The notes: generated by a model from the letters alone, not told the origin. 64,000 nt of DNA from an uncultured Candidatus Binatia bacterium (GCA_964291295.2 OZ219754.1:3424001-3488000), one strand, 5' to 3'. Counted from the first letter of the stretch, positions 22,629-33,291 are shown. Numbers and translations are program-made.

Positions 22629-25523
22629 TCAGGCCCCGGTTTCCCGGACGTCCTCCCACAGAACCTCCGCGGGATGAAGCGCCCGGCGCCCGGTGAGATG
22701 CTCGATCTGCTGCCGGCAGGAGATTCCCGAGGCCACCACGCGCGCGTCCCCGGGCGCGGCCACCACCGCCGGCACCAGACGCCGGTTGGCGATGGCCACG
22801 GACACATCGTAGTGCTCCTTCTCGAAACCGAAGGAGCCGGCCATGCCGCAGCAGCCGGAATCCACCTCGCGGACCGCGTGGCCCGCCTCCCGCAGCACCG
22901 AGACCGTCGGCGCCATGCCCACCAGCGCCTTCTGGTGACAGTGGCCGTGCAGCACCACCGGCGCCCTGGAAGCGGCGCCGTTCCGCAACGTCCCCGCCAC
23001 CTCGTCGCGCATCAGCAACTCCTCCATGAGCAGCGTCCGGCCCGCCACCAGGCGCGCCGTCTCGTTGCGCAGGAGGTCGGGGTACTCGTCCCGGAGCGTC
23101 AGGATGCAGGACGGCTCCAGACCCACCACCCGCACCCCCTGCTCCACGTGGGGCAGCAGCCGGGCGACGTTCCAGGCGGCGTGGTCCCGGGCCTCCCGCA
23201 GCATGCCCTTGGAGATCATCGGCCGGCCGCAGCAACGCCGGGGCACGGTCATCACGCGATAGCCGAGATGCTCCAGCAGGCGGGTGGCCGCCACCGCCAC
23301 CTCGGGCGTGTTGTAGGTGTTGAAGGTGTCGTGGAACAGGATCACCGAGCCGCGGGCGCCGGTGCCCGCGGCGTCGTGCTTCTTCCACCAGGCTTCGAAG
23401 TTGTGGTGCGCGAAGGCCGGCAGCGGGCGCCGGCGGTCGATGCCCAGGAAACGGTCCAGAAGCCAGCGGTTGACAAGGCTGCCGCTCACCCGGTTGGCCA
23501 GCGGCGCCGACCGCGAGCCCCAGCGGCTCAGGGCGCCGATGCGGCCGAACAGCCGGCTGCGGAGCGAAACTCCGTGGACCTGCTGGTAGTGATGCAGGAA
23601 CTCGTACTTGAGCTTGGCCATGTCCACGTTGGAGGGGCACTCGGCCTTGCAGCCCTTGCACTCCAGGCAAAGATCCAGAACCTCGTGGAGCCGCTCGCCG
23701 GTGAACTCCGAGCGCGGCACCTTGCCCGACAACACCGCGCGAAAGGCGGTGGCGCGCCCCCGGGTGGAGTGCTGCTCTTCCAGGGTGGCCATGTAGGACG
23801 GGCACATGGTGCCGCCCAGCGTCTTGCGGCAGGCGCCGGTGCCGTTGCACATCTCCACCGCGGCCACGAAGCCCCCCTGGACGCTGAAATCCAGCAGGGT
23901 ATCGGGCTGCCAAGTCTTGTAGGTGGTGCCGTAGCGGAGCGAATCGGTCATGGGCGGCGCATCCACGATCTTGCCGGGATTCAGCAGGTTGTTCGGGTCG
24001 AACAGGCGCTTGACCTTGCGGAACTCCTGGTAAAGCTCGGGTCCGAAGAGCTTCTCGTTCAGGTGGCTCCGGGCCAGGCCGTCGCCGTGCTCCCCGGACA
24101 TGGCGCCGCCGAACTCCATCACCAGATCGGAGATCTCCCGGGAGATCTCCGTCATCATCGCCACCTCCCCCGCCTCCTTGAGGTTGATGAACGGGCGGAT
24201 GTGCATGCAGCCCACGGAGCAATGGCCATAGTAGCCGGCCCGGACGCCGTGGCTGTCGAGAATGGCTCGGAACCGCTTGATGAACTCCGGCAGCCGGACC
24301 GGGTCCACCGCCGTATCCTCGACAAAGGCGATGGGCTTCTTCTCTCCCTTGACGCCCAGCAGGAGACCCAGGCCCGCCTTGCGCACGCCCCAGATCTGCT
24401 GGACCTCACGCGGCTCGCAGGCCAGGGAGGCGGCATAGCCCATGTGCTCGCGCTGCCGGAGCACCTCCAGCCTGTCGATCTTGTCCCGGACCTCCTCGGC
24501 GGTCTCGCCGTCGTACTCCACCATGAGGATGGCGTCGGGGTCGCCCTGGACGAAGCCCAGCCGCTTGGACTGCTCGATGTTGTTGCGGGCCAGGTCGAGG
24601 ATGGGCTTGTCGGTGAGCTCCATGGCGTAGGGACGGGTGGCGAGAATGGCCTCCGACACCTCCAGCGCTTCCTGGATGTCGTGGAAATGGATGACGTCCA
24701 GGGCCGTGTGCCTGGGCTTGGGCACCAGGCGCATCTTCGCCTCCACCACGCAGGCGAGGGTACCCTCGGAACCCACGATCAGGCGTGACAGATTGAAGGG
24801 CTGGTCTTTGGTGAACTCGTCCAGATTGTAGCCCGAGACCCGCCGCATGAGCCCGGGATAGCGCTCGGCGATGAGTCCACGGGCCGCATCCACCAGCGGC
24901 AGGAACTGCTGGTGGATGCGGCCCTCCAGTCCGCCGCCCGCCTGCATGGTCGCCAGCGCGTCCGGGGAAAGGTCGCTCAGGACCGCCTCGCTGCCGTCGG
25001 CCAGGATCACCGTGAGCGCCAGCACGTGGTCCAGCGTCTTGCCGTAGACGATGGAGTGGGCACCGGCCGAGTTGTTGCCGATCATGCCGCCGATGGTGGC
25101 CCGGTTCGAGGTGGAGGTGTCCGGGCCGAAGAGCAGGCCCTGGGGCGACACGCGGGAGTTGAGGGCGTCCTGAACCAGCCCCGGCTGAACCCGGCACCAG
25201 AGCTCCTCCCGGTTCACTTCCAGTACCTGGTTCATGTACTTGGAAAAGTCCAGGACGATGGCGTGGCCCACGGTCTGACCGGCCAGCGATGTGCCCCCGC
25301 CACGGGCCAGCACCGGCACCCGGTGCCGGTTGGCCACCTCGATGACCGCCTGGACGTCGCCCTTGTGGCGGGGAATCACCACGCCCACGGGCTCCACCTG
25401 GTAGATGGAGGCGTCCGTGGCGTAAAGCAGCCGCGACCAGGGGTCGAACCGGACCTCGCCCTCCACGCGCTTGCGGAGCTCGGCCTCGCTTTCCCGGTAG
25501 TCCTGCAAGCCTTCACGCACCAT
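22629..25523 (-). CDS. FAD-linked oxidase with 4Fe-4S and CCG domains (YdiJ/GlcDF-like)
   Basis: YATDAS, RGGGTSLAGQ, GSEGTL, SGEHGDG, CNGTGAC, CLECKGCKAECP and CCGMAG. Confidence 0.9.
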   Translation of the reverse strand: MVREGLQDYRESEAELRKRVEGEVRFDPWSRLLYATDASIYQVEPVGVVIPRHKGDVQAVIEVANRHRVPVLARGGGTSLAGQTVGHAIVLDFSKYMNQVLEVNREELWCRVQPGLVQDALNSRVSPQGLLFGPDTSTSNRATIGGMIGNNSAGAHSIVYGKTLDHVLALTVILADGSEAVLSDLSPDALATMQAGGGLEGRIHQQFLPLVDAARGLIAERYPGLMRRVSGYNLDEFTKDQPFNLSRLIVGSEGTLACVVEAKMRLVPKPRHTALDVIHFHDIQEALEVSEAILATRPYAMELTDKPILDLARNNIEQSKRLGFVQGDPDAILMVEYDGETAEEVRDKIDRLEVLRQREHMGYAASLACEPREVQQIWGVRKAGLGLLLGVKGEKKPIAFVEDTAVDPVRLPEFIKRFRAILDSHGVRAGYYGHCSVGCMHIRPFINLKEAGEVAMMTEISREISDLVMEFGGAMSGEHGDGLARSHLNEKLFGPELYQEFRKVKRLFDPNNLLNPGKIVDAPPMTDSLRYGTTYKTWQPDTLLDFSVQGGFVAAVEMCNGTGACRKTLGGTMCPSYMATLEEQHSTRGRATAFRAVLSGKVPRSEFTGERLHEVLDLCLECKGCKAECPSNVDMAKLKYEFLHHYQQVHGVSLRSRLFGRIGALSRWGSRSAPLANRVSGSLVNRWLLDRFLGIDRRRPLPAFAHHNFEAWWKKHDAAGTGARGSVILFHDTFNTYNTPEVAVAATRLLEHLGYRVMTVPRRCCGRPMISKGMLREARDHAAWNVARLLPHVEQGVRVVGLEPSCILTLRDEYPDLLRNETARLVAGRTLLMEELLMRDEVAGTLRNGAASRAPVVLHGHCHQKALVGMAPTVSVLREAGHAVREVDSGCCGMAGSFGFEKEHYDVSVAIANRRLVPAVVAAPGDARVVASGISCRQQIEHLTGRRALHPAEVLWEDVRETGA

Positions 25524-25608
25524 GGGAATCACTCCTCGCCGCCACCTTGCACCAACCGGTGGCAATGGCCCGGAGGTGCCTGCCTCCGCAGGAAGGCCCG
25601 GTCGATGC

Positions 25609-25902
25609 TCAGTCGATGGACTGGTATCGCCGGACCACGGCGCGGGCGCCCTGAAGCCCGCGTGCATGCGTCTGGATCACCTGGTGGTCCTGGCTCTCGC
25701 GGTAGCGGTCGATGTCTTCCTGACTCTCCCACTCGGCGTAGGAGATATACTCGCCCGGAGAATCGATGCACTTCAGCAACTGCTCGGACCGGCAGCCCGC
25801 CTGAGCACGCATGCGCGGACCGCAATCCTCTTTCCAGATACGCTCCGCCTCTTCGGCCTGGCCGGGGTCGACATTCACGTGGATCAGCCGAACAATGGAC
25901 AT
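25609..25902 (-). CDS. ABM (antibiotic biosynthesis monooxygenase) domain protein
   Basis: 97 aa with GGAGGGAGGA RBS; pattern V.PGQ..E..GC..L..EW ES.E..H. Confidence 0.75.
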   Translation of the reverse strand: MSIVRLIHVNVDPGQAEEAERIWKEDCGPRMRAQAGCRSEQLLKCIDSPGEYISYAEWESQEDIDRYRESQDHQVIQTHARGLQGARAVVRRYQSID

Positions 25903-25963
25903 GTGGATCCTCCCTCCCGGATTTTGTCGGTTACCTTTCGTCGGTTACCGTGTTCGTTACCGT

Positions 25964-26731
25964 TTATGGCAATTCGTTCCCGTATCGCAAGCGTTTCGGA
26001 CGCGGCGCCACGATGCCGGGGCGCGCCGGGGTCGGTTCGCGTTCGCCGGCCAGCAGCTCCCGGGCGGTGCGGAAGACGCTGTGGAACATGGGCGCCGTCA
26101 GCCGGCCGGTGAAGGTGTTCTGCTGGCTGGGATGGTAGGAACCCAGCAGGGTCAGGCCGCCGGCGAGTTCGCGGCAGACGCCGTGCCCGAAACCGGGGCG
26201 GGGCCGGGGCACTGGCCGGCCGGTCTCCGCCGCCACCTTGAGGAAGGAGTCGAAAGCCATCTTTCCCAGCGCCAGGACCACCTGGAGGCGCCGGAGCAGC
26301 GCGAGCTCCCGGATCAGATAACCGCGGCAGTTGTCGAATTCGTCGCGGGCCGGCTTGTTGGCAGGGGGAGCGCAACGGACGGCGGCGGAGATGTAGCAGT
26401 CCGTGAGCTCCAGACCGTCGTCCCGGCAGGTGGACTCGGCCTGGTTGGCGAAACCGTGCTCGAACAGGGCGCGATAGAGCCAGTCGCCGCTGCGGTCTCC
26501 GGTGAACATCCGGCCCGTGCGGTTGCCGCCATGGGCCGCGGGCGCCAGGCCGACGATGAGAAACCGCGCGGCAGTGTCGCCGAAACCGGGCAGGGGCCGG
26601 CTCCAATACCCGTACCCGTGATACCGGCGTGGCGGTCGGGCCGCCGCGTCGGCCCGCCAGGCCACCAGACGGGGACACTTGCGGCATCCGATGACCGCCC
26701 GGTGGACACGCATCCAGGAGTCCTTCTCCAT
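25964..26731 (-). CDS. Uracil-DNA glycosylase family 5 (UdgB)
   Basis: CRKCPRL, GLAPAAHGGNRTGRMFTGD, RCAPPANKP and YHPSQQNT. Confidence 0.92.
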   Translation of the reverse strand: MEKDSWMRVHRAVIGCRKCPRLVAWRADAAARPPRRYHGYGYWSRPLPGFGDTAARFLIVGLAPAAHGGNRTGRMFTGDRSGDWLYRALFEHGFANQAESTCRDDGLELTDCYISAAVRCAPPANKPARDEFDNCRGYLIRELALLRRLQVVLALGKMAFDSFLKVAAETGRPVPRPRPGFGHGVCRELAGGLTLLGSYHPSQQNTFTGRLTAPMFHSVFRTARELLAGEREPTPARPGIVAPRPKRLRYGNELP

Positions 26732-26918
26732 ACGCCTCCGGCATAGCGCATCGGTCGCCCGCGTGCCACCGGAAAAGGCCTTCCACGGCCTGGACCGAGG
26801 CGTTGGAACGCACCCAAGACGCCCGGGAACCCACCTTGACGGGTCCGAGCGGGTTTTGCTATATCGCTCGCAAACGCAAGTATCTCCAGCCCACTCGCCG
26901 AAGAAAAGGGGATTGCCC

Positions 26919-28532
26919 GTGCCGCAATTCGACGTTCTCGTTATTGGTGGCGGTGCTTCCGGTCTGCGCGCGGCCATCGCCGCCAAGCGCGCCGGCGCGT
27001 CGGTCGCGGTACTGAGCAAGGTCCATCCGCTGCGAACCAACTCGGCGCTGTCGCCGGGCGGGCTGAACGCGCCGCTGGGAAACGACGACTCCGCGGACAA
27101 GTTCGCCCAGGACATCCGGCAGGCCGGCGACGGCCTGTGCGACACCGAGGCCGTGAACATCCTGGCGGCGGACGCGGCCCGTGAGGTGGTCTGGCTCGAA
27201 CAGGTCGGCGTGCCGTTCAACCGCAATGCCGAGGGGCGCATCGACTGCCGCCCGCTGGGCTCCAGCAGCGTTCGTCGAGCCGCCTACGCGGACGACCGCA
27301 CGGGACACATGGTCCTTCACGTGCTGCACGAACAGTTCCAGCGCGAGGACATCCCCTGCTTCCAGGAGTGGTTCGTCACCTCGCTGGTCCAGGACGACGG
27401 GGCGTGCACCGGAGCGGTGGCCCTGGGGCACAGAAGCGGCCAGCTAGAGACCTTCAGCGCCGGCGCGGTGGTCCTCGCCACCGGCGGCGCCACCCGGCTG
27501 TACAGCCCCTGCACCTCGGCCATGGGAACCACGGGGGACGGACTGATGCTGGCCTTCGACCTGGGCGTCGGCCTGGTGAACCTCGAGATGGTGCAGTTCC
27601 ATCCGACAGTCTACAGCGCCACCCGAACGGCGCTCATCAGCGAGGCGGCCCTGAGCGAAGGCGCGAAGCTGGTGAACGCCCGGGGAGAGACGCTGGTGAA
27701 CACCGGGGGGCTTTCCCGGGCCCGGCTCGCGGCGGAGGTCCACGCGGCGGGCCAGAACGGCGGCGGGCCGGTGTCCCTCGACCTCAGGCCCATCAAGAAC
27801 CTGAAGGCGCGCTTCCCGGGCGCGGCCGAGGTCGTCAAGTTCATGGCCGGCATCGACGCCGCCACGGACCCGGTCCCGGTGCAGCCGGTGGCGCACCGGT
27901 CCATGGGCGGCATCGGCACCAATGCCGCCGGAGAAACCGCGGTGGACGGGCTTTTCGCCGTCGGCGAATGCGCCCACAACGGCCTCAACGGTGCCGGACG
28001 CCTTCCGGGCAACACCCTCACCGAAGCGGTGGTGTTCGGCAGGCGGGTGGGAGAAGCGGCGGCGGCCCACGCCAGGTCGGCGGGCGCCAGGACCGCGGAC
28101 CGTTCCCGGGCCTCGGCGGACAACGAACGGCTCGCGGAGATCACCTCGGGAGGCACCTCCGGCGACACCCCGGGCGCCGTCCAGCGCGAGCTCGGCGAAC
28201 TCATGAGCGCCAGCCTCGGGGTGACGCGCACCGACGCGGGGCTGGCCGAGGCCCAGGACAGGATCCGCGGCCTGCAGCAGCGGCATGCCGCGCTTCGGAT
28301 CCACAACCGATCCCGCATCTACAACTATGCGCTGGTGGGCTACATGGAGTTGGGCAACCTGTTGAAGCTGGCCGAATTCACCGCCTTGGCGGCGCGGAGC
28401 CGCACCGAGAGCCGCGGTGCCCATCTCAGGAGCGACCATCCGCAGAAGGACGATTCGACCTGGAGGGCGCACACCGTCGTACGCTCGCAGGACGGCTCGC
28501 CGAAGCTCGATACCCGGGCGGTATCGTCATAA
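26919..28532 (+). CDS. Divergent succinate dehydrogenase/fumarate reductase flavoprotein
   Basis: DVLVIGGGASGL, QFHPT, H.SMGG, GLFAVGE and RTESRGAH; the covalent-FAD His motif is altered. Confidence 0.85.
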   Translation: MPQFDVLVIGGGASGLRAAIAAKRAGASVAVLSKVHPLRTNSALSPGGLNAPLGNDDSADKFAQDIRQAGDGLCDTEAVNILAADAAREVVWLEQVGVPFNRNAEGRIDCRPLGSSSVRRAAYADDRTGHMVLHVLHEQFQREDIPCFQEWFVTSLVQDDGACTGAVALGHRSGQLETFSAGAVVLATGGATRLYSPCTSAMGTTGDGLMLAFDLGVGLVNLEMVQFHPTVYSATRTALISEAALSEGAKLVNARGETLVNTGGLSRARLAAEVHAAGQNGGGPVSLDLRPIKNLKARFPGAAEVVKFMAGIDAATDPVPVQPVAHRSMGGIGTNAAGETAVDGLFAVGECAHNGLNGAGRLPGNTLTEAVVFGRRVGEAAAAHARSAGARTADRSRASADNERLAEITSGGTSGDTPGAVQRELGELMSASLGVTRTDAGLAEAQDRIRGLQQRHAALRIHNRSRIYNYALVGYMELGNLLKLAEFTALAARSRTESRGAHLRSDHPQKDDSTWRAHTVVRSQDGSPKLDTRAVSS

Positions 28533-28589
28533 GGGCCGACGCCCCGTCCCGCGCCGGCACGGGCGGGAGGCGCCAGCCAGGGAGAACCC

Positions 28590-29546
28590 ATGGAAGTCAC
28601 CTACAAGGTTCATCGCAAGGATCCGGAGAAAGGCGGCGAATCGAGCTACTCCACCTACCAGGTGGACCTGCCCGAGGACGCCACGGTCCTGGACGGGCTC
28701 CAGAAGATCCGGGACGAACAGGATGACTCCCTGGCCTTCCGGGCATCCTGCTGCCAGGGCACCTGCGGCGAGTGCGCGGTGCGGATCAACTACAAGGCGC
28801 AGTTCACCTGCACCGCCAGGATCGCCGACCTCACCCGGAAGGCTCCGGAGATCCTGCTGGACCCGGTGCGCAACATCCCCGTGATCAAGGATCTGGTCTT
28901 CGACATGGACCGCTTCACCTGGGACAAGATGGCCGCCATGAAGCCGTGGATGGAGCCGGACGACGAGTTCGCTCCGACGGAGAACCTGGTTCCCGAGTCG
29001 GCCATGGCCGAGGTGCGCAAGACCATGAGTTGCCACCAGTGCGGCCTGTGCGACGAGGGCTGCGCGGTGTTGCCGGTGAACTTCGACTTCCTCGGCCCCG
29101 CCACCATGGTCAAGGGCTACCGCTTCGTGAAGGATCCGCGGGAGAGCGGAGCCAGGATGGACGCCCGCATGAAGCTGGTGGAGCAGCCCCAGGGGCTGTG
29201 GGACTGCGTCCACTGCTACGAGGCGGACGGCAAGTGCCCGCGCGGGCTGGCGCCGTCCAGCAAGATCATGGCGATGCGCGACGTGGCCTTCGATGAGGGC
29301 ATCAAGCACGAAAAGGTGGGCCGGCATCACGCGAGCTTCATCAACTCGGTGAAACAGACCGGCTGGCTTGATGAGCGCAAGCTGGCCATGGAGACCGAAG
29401 GCATGACCAACGTGGCCGGACTGGTGAAGCTTCTGCCCACCGCGGTGCGCGCCCTGCGGCGAGGGAAGATGCCCGGCCGTCACGAGAAACGCCCGGGGGC
29501 CGACCAGATCAAGCGCATTCTCGAGAAAGCGGAGGACTCCAGGTGA
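28590..29546 (+). CDS. SdhB/FrdB-like iron-sulfur subunit with C-terminal extension
   Basis: SCCQGTCGEC, CHQCGLCDEGC and CVHCYEADGKCP. Confidence 0.88.
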   Translation: MEVTYKVHRKDPEKGGESSYSTYQVDLPEDATVLDGLQKIRDEQDDSLAFRASCCQGTCGECAVRINYKAQFTCTARIADLTRKAPEILLDPVRNIPVIKDLVFDMDRFTWDKMAAMKPWMEPDDEFAPTENLVPESAMAEVRKTMSCHQCGLCDEGCAVLPVNFDFLGPATMVKGYRFVKDPRESGARMDARMKLVEQPQGLWDCVHCYEADGKCPRGLAPSSKIMAMRDVAFDEGIKHEKVGRHHASFINSVKQTGWLDERKLAMETEGMTNVAGLVKLLPTAVRALRRGKMPGRHEKRPGADQIKRILEKAEDSR

Positions 29547-30421
29547 AATATGCGTTCTATCCCGGATGTGTGGCCAAGGGCGGTTGTCCCGAGCTCTACA
29601 CCGCGGCCGTCAAGGTCGCCGGGAAACTCGACCTCGAACTCGAGGAGATGACCGACGTGGCGTGCACCGGCGCCGGCTGCATGCCCACGCAACTGTCCGA
29701 CCCCATCAACGCGCGGACCTTCGCCAAGGCGGAGCAGATGGGCCTCCCGGTCATGACCATCTGCAGCACCTGCCAGGGCGTTTTCAGCCAGGCCAACCGC
29801 AGGCTCCAGGACGCCGAGTACCGGGAAGCGGTCAACCGCGAGTACCTGGCCGAGGAAGGGCTCTCGTACCAGGGCACCACCGAGGTCAAGCACATGCTGT
29901 GGGTGCTGTTCGAGGACTACGGCATCGAGAAGCTCAAGCCGCTGATCGAGCGCCCCCTCCACGGCCTCAAGGTGTCCCCGTTCTATGGCTGCTTCCTGCG
30001 TCGGCCCGGAAACATCATGGTGCCCACCAAGGAGGTGGGTGGGCGCCGGACCTATCTGGAGGACCTCATCGGCACGCTGGGTGCCGAGAACGTCAACATC
30101 AGCGGCAAGACCAAGTGCTGCGGCTTCCCGATTCTCGCCGCCAACGAGGAGGCCTCTCTGGGCATGGTGGCCAAGCACGCCGGCGAGTCCAGGGAGAACG
30201 GTGCCGACTGCATGGTGACCCCCTGTCCGCTGTGCCATCTGAACCTCGACGGGAACCAGCCGCGAGCCGAGGGCCGAAAGGGTGCGAAGATCGACCTGCC
30301 GATCATCCACCTGCCGCAGCTCGTCGGCCTGGCGCTCGGCTTCGACACGGACGAGATGCAACTCGGCCGGCACATCGTATCCACCAGGGCCGTCAACGAC
30401 AAGGTCGACATGCTCACGTAG
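29543..30421 (+). CDS. HdrB/SdhE-like CCG-domain subunit
   Basis: YPGC, CSTC, FYGC, KCCGF and TPCPLCHLNLD. Confidence 0.88.
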   Translation: MKYAFYPGCVAKGGCPELYTAAVKVAGKLDLELEEMTDVACTGAGCMPTQLSDPINARTFAKAEQMGLPVMTICSTCQGVFSQANRRLQDAEYREAVNREYLAEEGLSYQGTTEVKHMLWVLFEDYGIEKLKPLIERPLHGLKVSPFYGCFLRRPGNIMVPTKEVGGRRTYLEDLIGTLGAENVNISGKTKCCGFPILAANEEASLGMVAKHAGESRENGADCMVTPCPLCHLNLDGNQPRAEGRKGAKIDLPIIHLPQLVGLALGFDTDEMQLGRHIVSTRAVNDKVDMLT

Positions 30422-30425
30422 CGGG

Positions 30426-30629
30426 ATGGGCAAGGACGCATACAAGCCCAATCCCGTCAACCTGGCGCGGGAACTCTTCAAGTTCCGCAAGGCGCAACGT
30501 CCCTTCGGCTACTACTATGCCGTGAAGGTCCGGCTCGGCCATGCGTGGGTCGAGGACGAGACGGCGCTGGCGGAGATCCTGTCGGGCATCGACGAACTGG
30601 GTTACGAGGTGGTGAAGAAGCGGCAGTGA
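30426..30629 (+). CDS. Small hypothetical protein (67 aa), 4 nt after the HdrB-like gene
   Basis: Starts MGKDAYKPNPVNLARELF; GC3-rich codons and operonic spacing. Confidence 0.6.
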   Translation: MGKDAYKPNPVNLARELFKFRKAQRPFGYYYAVKVRLGHAWVEDETALAEILSGIDELGYEVVKKRQ

Positions 30630-30730
30630 CGGACTGACGGAGCCACTGCCGGTCACCGGCCCGCCGCCGGCGCCCGCAGGGTTCAGGCGGCAGCAGCACA
30701 CACGAGAGAAGGAGCGCGAAGCACCGTATC

Positions 30731-31489
30731 ATGAGCAGCATAGCAATCGACAGCAAGAGAACCCTGCGGCAGGATGCCTGGTGGCTTGAGCCGATGCTGG
30801 TGGTACTGGGTCTGGGCTGCTTTGCCGTCTACGCCACCTGGGCCGCGCTTCAGAACGGCAACTACTACGCGGCACCGTACCTTTCGCCCTTCTACTCGCC
30901 GTGCCTCGCCGTCAACTGCGCCCACGTGAGCGTGCCGCTCTTCGGCGAATGGTACCGCTGGTCGCCGGCGATCCTGATCCTGTGGATTCCGGGCGGCTTC
31001 CGGCTTACCTGCTACTACTACCGCAAGGCCTATTACCGCTCCTTCTTCTGGTCGCCTCCGGCCTGCGCGGTGCGGGATGCGCCCCGCGGCTACTCGGGAG
31101 AGACCCGCTTCCCCTTCATCCTGCAGAACATCCACCGGTATTTCTTCTGGGCGTCGTTGCCGGTCCTGGCATTCCTGTGGTGGGATGCGCTCATCGCGTT
31201 CAACTTCGACGGCAGCTTCGGCATCGGCCTGGGTACGCTGGTGCTGATGGCCAACGCGGCACTGCTGTCGCTCTACAGCTTTTCCTGCCACTCCTGCCGG
31301 CACCTGTGCGGCGGCGGCCTCAACAGCTTCAAGGCCGCGCCCGGACGCTTGAGGATCTGGGGCCTGGTGACCCGGCTCAACGAGAAGCACATGCAGATCG
31401 CTTGGGTGAGCCTCGTGTGGGTCGCCGTGACCGACGCCTACGTTCGACTGCTGGCCACCGGCGTCATACAGGATCCGAGGTTCATCTGA
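30731..31489 (+). CDS. Succinate dehydrogenase membrane anchor, mycobacterial Rv0249c-like (type F)
   Basis: YLSPFYSP, FRLTCYYYRKAYYRSF, QNIHRYF and SCHSCRH. Confidence 0.85.
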   Translation: MSSIAIDSKRTLRQDAWWLEPMLVVLGLGCFAVYATWAALQNGNYYAAPYLSPFYSPCLAVNCAHVSVPLFGEWYRWSPAILILWIPGGFRLTCYYYRKAYYRSFFWSPPACAVRDAPRGYSGETRFPFILQNIHRYFFWASLPVLAFLWWDALIAFNFDGSFGIGLGTLVLMANAALLSLYSFSCHSCRHLCGGGLNSFKAAPGRLRIWGLVTRLNEKHMQIAWVSLVWVAVTDAYVRLLATGVIQDPRFI

Positions 31490-33291
31490 TGGCCCGCGAG
31501 AGCTGCGAGACTCACGAGTACGACGTGGTGGTGGTGGGGGCCGGGGGCGCGGGCCTGCGCGCCGGCATCGAAGCCCACGACAAGGGCGCCCGGACAGCCA
31601 TCGTCTGCAAGTCGCTGCTGGGCAAGGCCCACACGGTGATGGCCGAGGGCGGCATCGCCGCCGCCATGGGCAACGTCTGGCCCGAGGACAACTGGAAGGT
31701 GCACTTCCGCGACACCATGCGCGGCGGCAAGCTTCTGAACAACTGGCGCATGGCGCAGATTCACGCACAACAAGCTCCGGACCGGGTGCTGGAGCTGGAG
31801 GAATGGGGAGCGCTGTTCGACCGCACCGAGGAGGGCCTGATCCTGCAGCGTGATTTCGGCGGCCACCGCTACGCGCGTCTGGCGCACGTGGGCGACCGCA
31901 CCGGACTGGAGATGATCCGGACCCTGCAGCAACGGGCGGTGGCACTCGGCATCGACGTCTACATGGAGTGCAACATCCAGCACCTGCTGATGGACGGCGG
32001 CCGGGTGAGCGGCGCGTTGGGTTACTGGCGCGAGAGCGGCGAGCTCATCGTCTTCGGCTGCAAGGCGGTGGTCCTGGCCACCGGCGGCTCCGGCAAGTGC
32101 TGGCAGGTGACCTCCAACTCGTGGGAGTACAGCGGCGACGGCATGGGCATGGCGATGGAGGCGGGGGCCGATCTCATCGACATGGAGAAGGTCCAGTTCC
32201 ACCCCACCGGCATGGTCTGGCCCCCCAGCGTACGCGGCATCCTGGTGACGGAGGGGGTACGCGGAGACGGCGGCACCCTGCTGAACTCCAGGGGCGAACG
32301 CTTCATGTTCAACTACATCTCCGACTTCTTCAAGGCGGAGACCGCGGACAACGAGGCGGAAGCGGACGCGTGGTATCAGGACAAGACCCACAACCGCCGG
32401 ACTCCGGACCTGCTGCCGCGGGACGAGGTGGCCCGGGCCATCAACGCCGAGGTCAAGGCCGGTCGCGGCACTGAGCACGGCGGCGTGCTCCTGGACATCG
32501 CCCATCGCCGGGACGCGGAATACATCAAGCGGCGGCTGCCGTCCATGTACCATCAGTTCAAGGAGCTGGCGGACGTCGACATCACCAGGGAAGCCATGGA
32601 GGTGGGGCCCACCTGCCACTACATCATGGGCGGTGTCCGGGTGGACGCGGACAGCTCCGCCACCACGGTGCCGGGTCTCTACGCCGCGGGCGAGGTGGCG
32701 GGCGGGCTGCATGGCGCCAACCGGCTGGGCGGCAACTCCCTGTCCGACCTGCTGGTGTTCGGCCGTATCGCCGGCGCCTCGGCCGCGGACCACGCCCTGG
32801 GAGCGGAAGCCCCGGCGGCGGCGGATCCGGCAGCGGTGGATCGGCTCACCGGTCTGATGCTGGCGCCCTTCACGGACCGCGGCAACGAGAACCCCTACGC
32901 GATTCACAGCGATCTTCAGCGCACCATGCACAACCTCGTCGGCATCATCCGAACCGAGAGCGAGATGCTCAAGGCGCTGGAGGAGATCGCGGCGTACAAG
33001 GACCGGGCCGAGCGGGTCCGGGTCGAGGGCGGCCGCCGCTTCAATCCCGGATGGCATCTGGCACTGGACCTGCGGTGCCTGCTGGCGGTGGCCGAGGCCG
33101 CCACCCTTTCGGCCCTGGAGTGCAAGGAGAGTCGGGGCGGGCATACGCGGGACGACTATCCGGATCCCGACCCCCAGTACGGCAGCGTCAACGTGGTGAC
33201 CCGCAAGCGGAACGGAACCATCTCGATCTCCCTGGAGCCCCTGCCGGAGATGCCCGAGGAGCTCAGAAAACTCGTCGAGGAGCAAGTCTGA
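31489..33291 (+). CDS. sdhA: Succinate dehydrogenase flavoprotein (Rv0248c-like)
   Basis: GAGGAG, GKAHTVMAEGG (covalent His), QFHPTG, TEGVRGDGG, HYIMGG and HGANRLGGNSL. Confidence 0.93.
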   Translation: MARESCETHEYDVVVVGAGGAGLRAGIEAHDKGARTAIVCKSLLGKAHTVMAEGGIAAAMGNVWPEDNWKVHFRDTMRGGKLLNNWRMAQIHAQQAPDRVLELEEWGALFDRTEEGLILQRDFGGHRYARLAHVGDRTGLEMIRTLQQRAVALGIDVYMECNIQHLLMDGGRVSGALGYWRESGELIVFGCKAVVLATGGSGKCWQVTSNSWEYSGDGMGMAMEAGADLIDMEKVQFHPTGMVWPPSVRGILVTEGVRGDGGTLLNSRGERFMFNYISDFFKAETADNEAEADAWYQDKTHNRRTPDLLPRDEVARAINAEVKAGRGTEHGGVLLDIAHRRDAEYIKRRLPSMYHQFKELADVDITREAMEVGPTCHYIMGGVRVDADSSATTVPGLYAAGEVAGGLHGANRLGGNSLSDLLVFGRIAGASAADHALGAEAPAAADPAAVDRLTGLMLAPFTDRGNENPYAIHSDLQRTMHNLVGIIRTESEMLKALEEIAAYKDRAERVRVEGGRRFNPGWHLALDLRCLLAVAEAATLSALECKESRGGHTRDDYPDPDPQYGSVNVVTRKRNGTISISLEPLPEMPEELRKLVEEQV

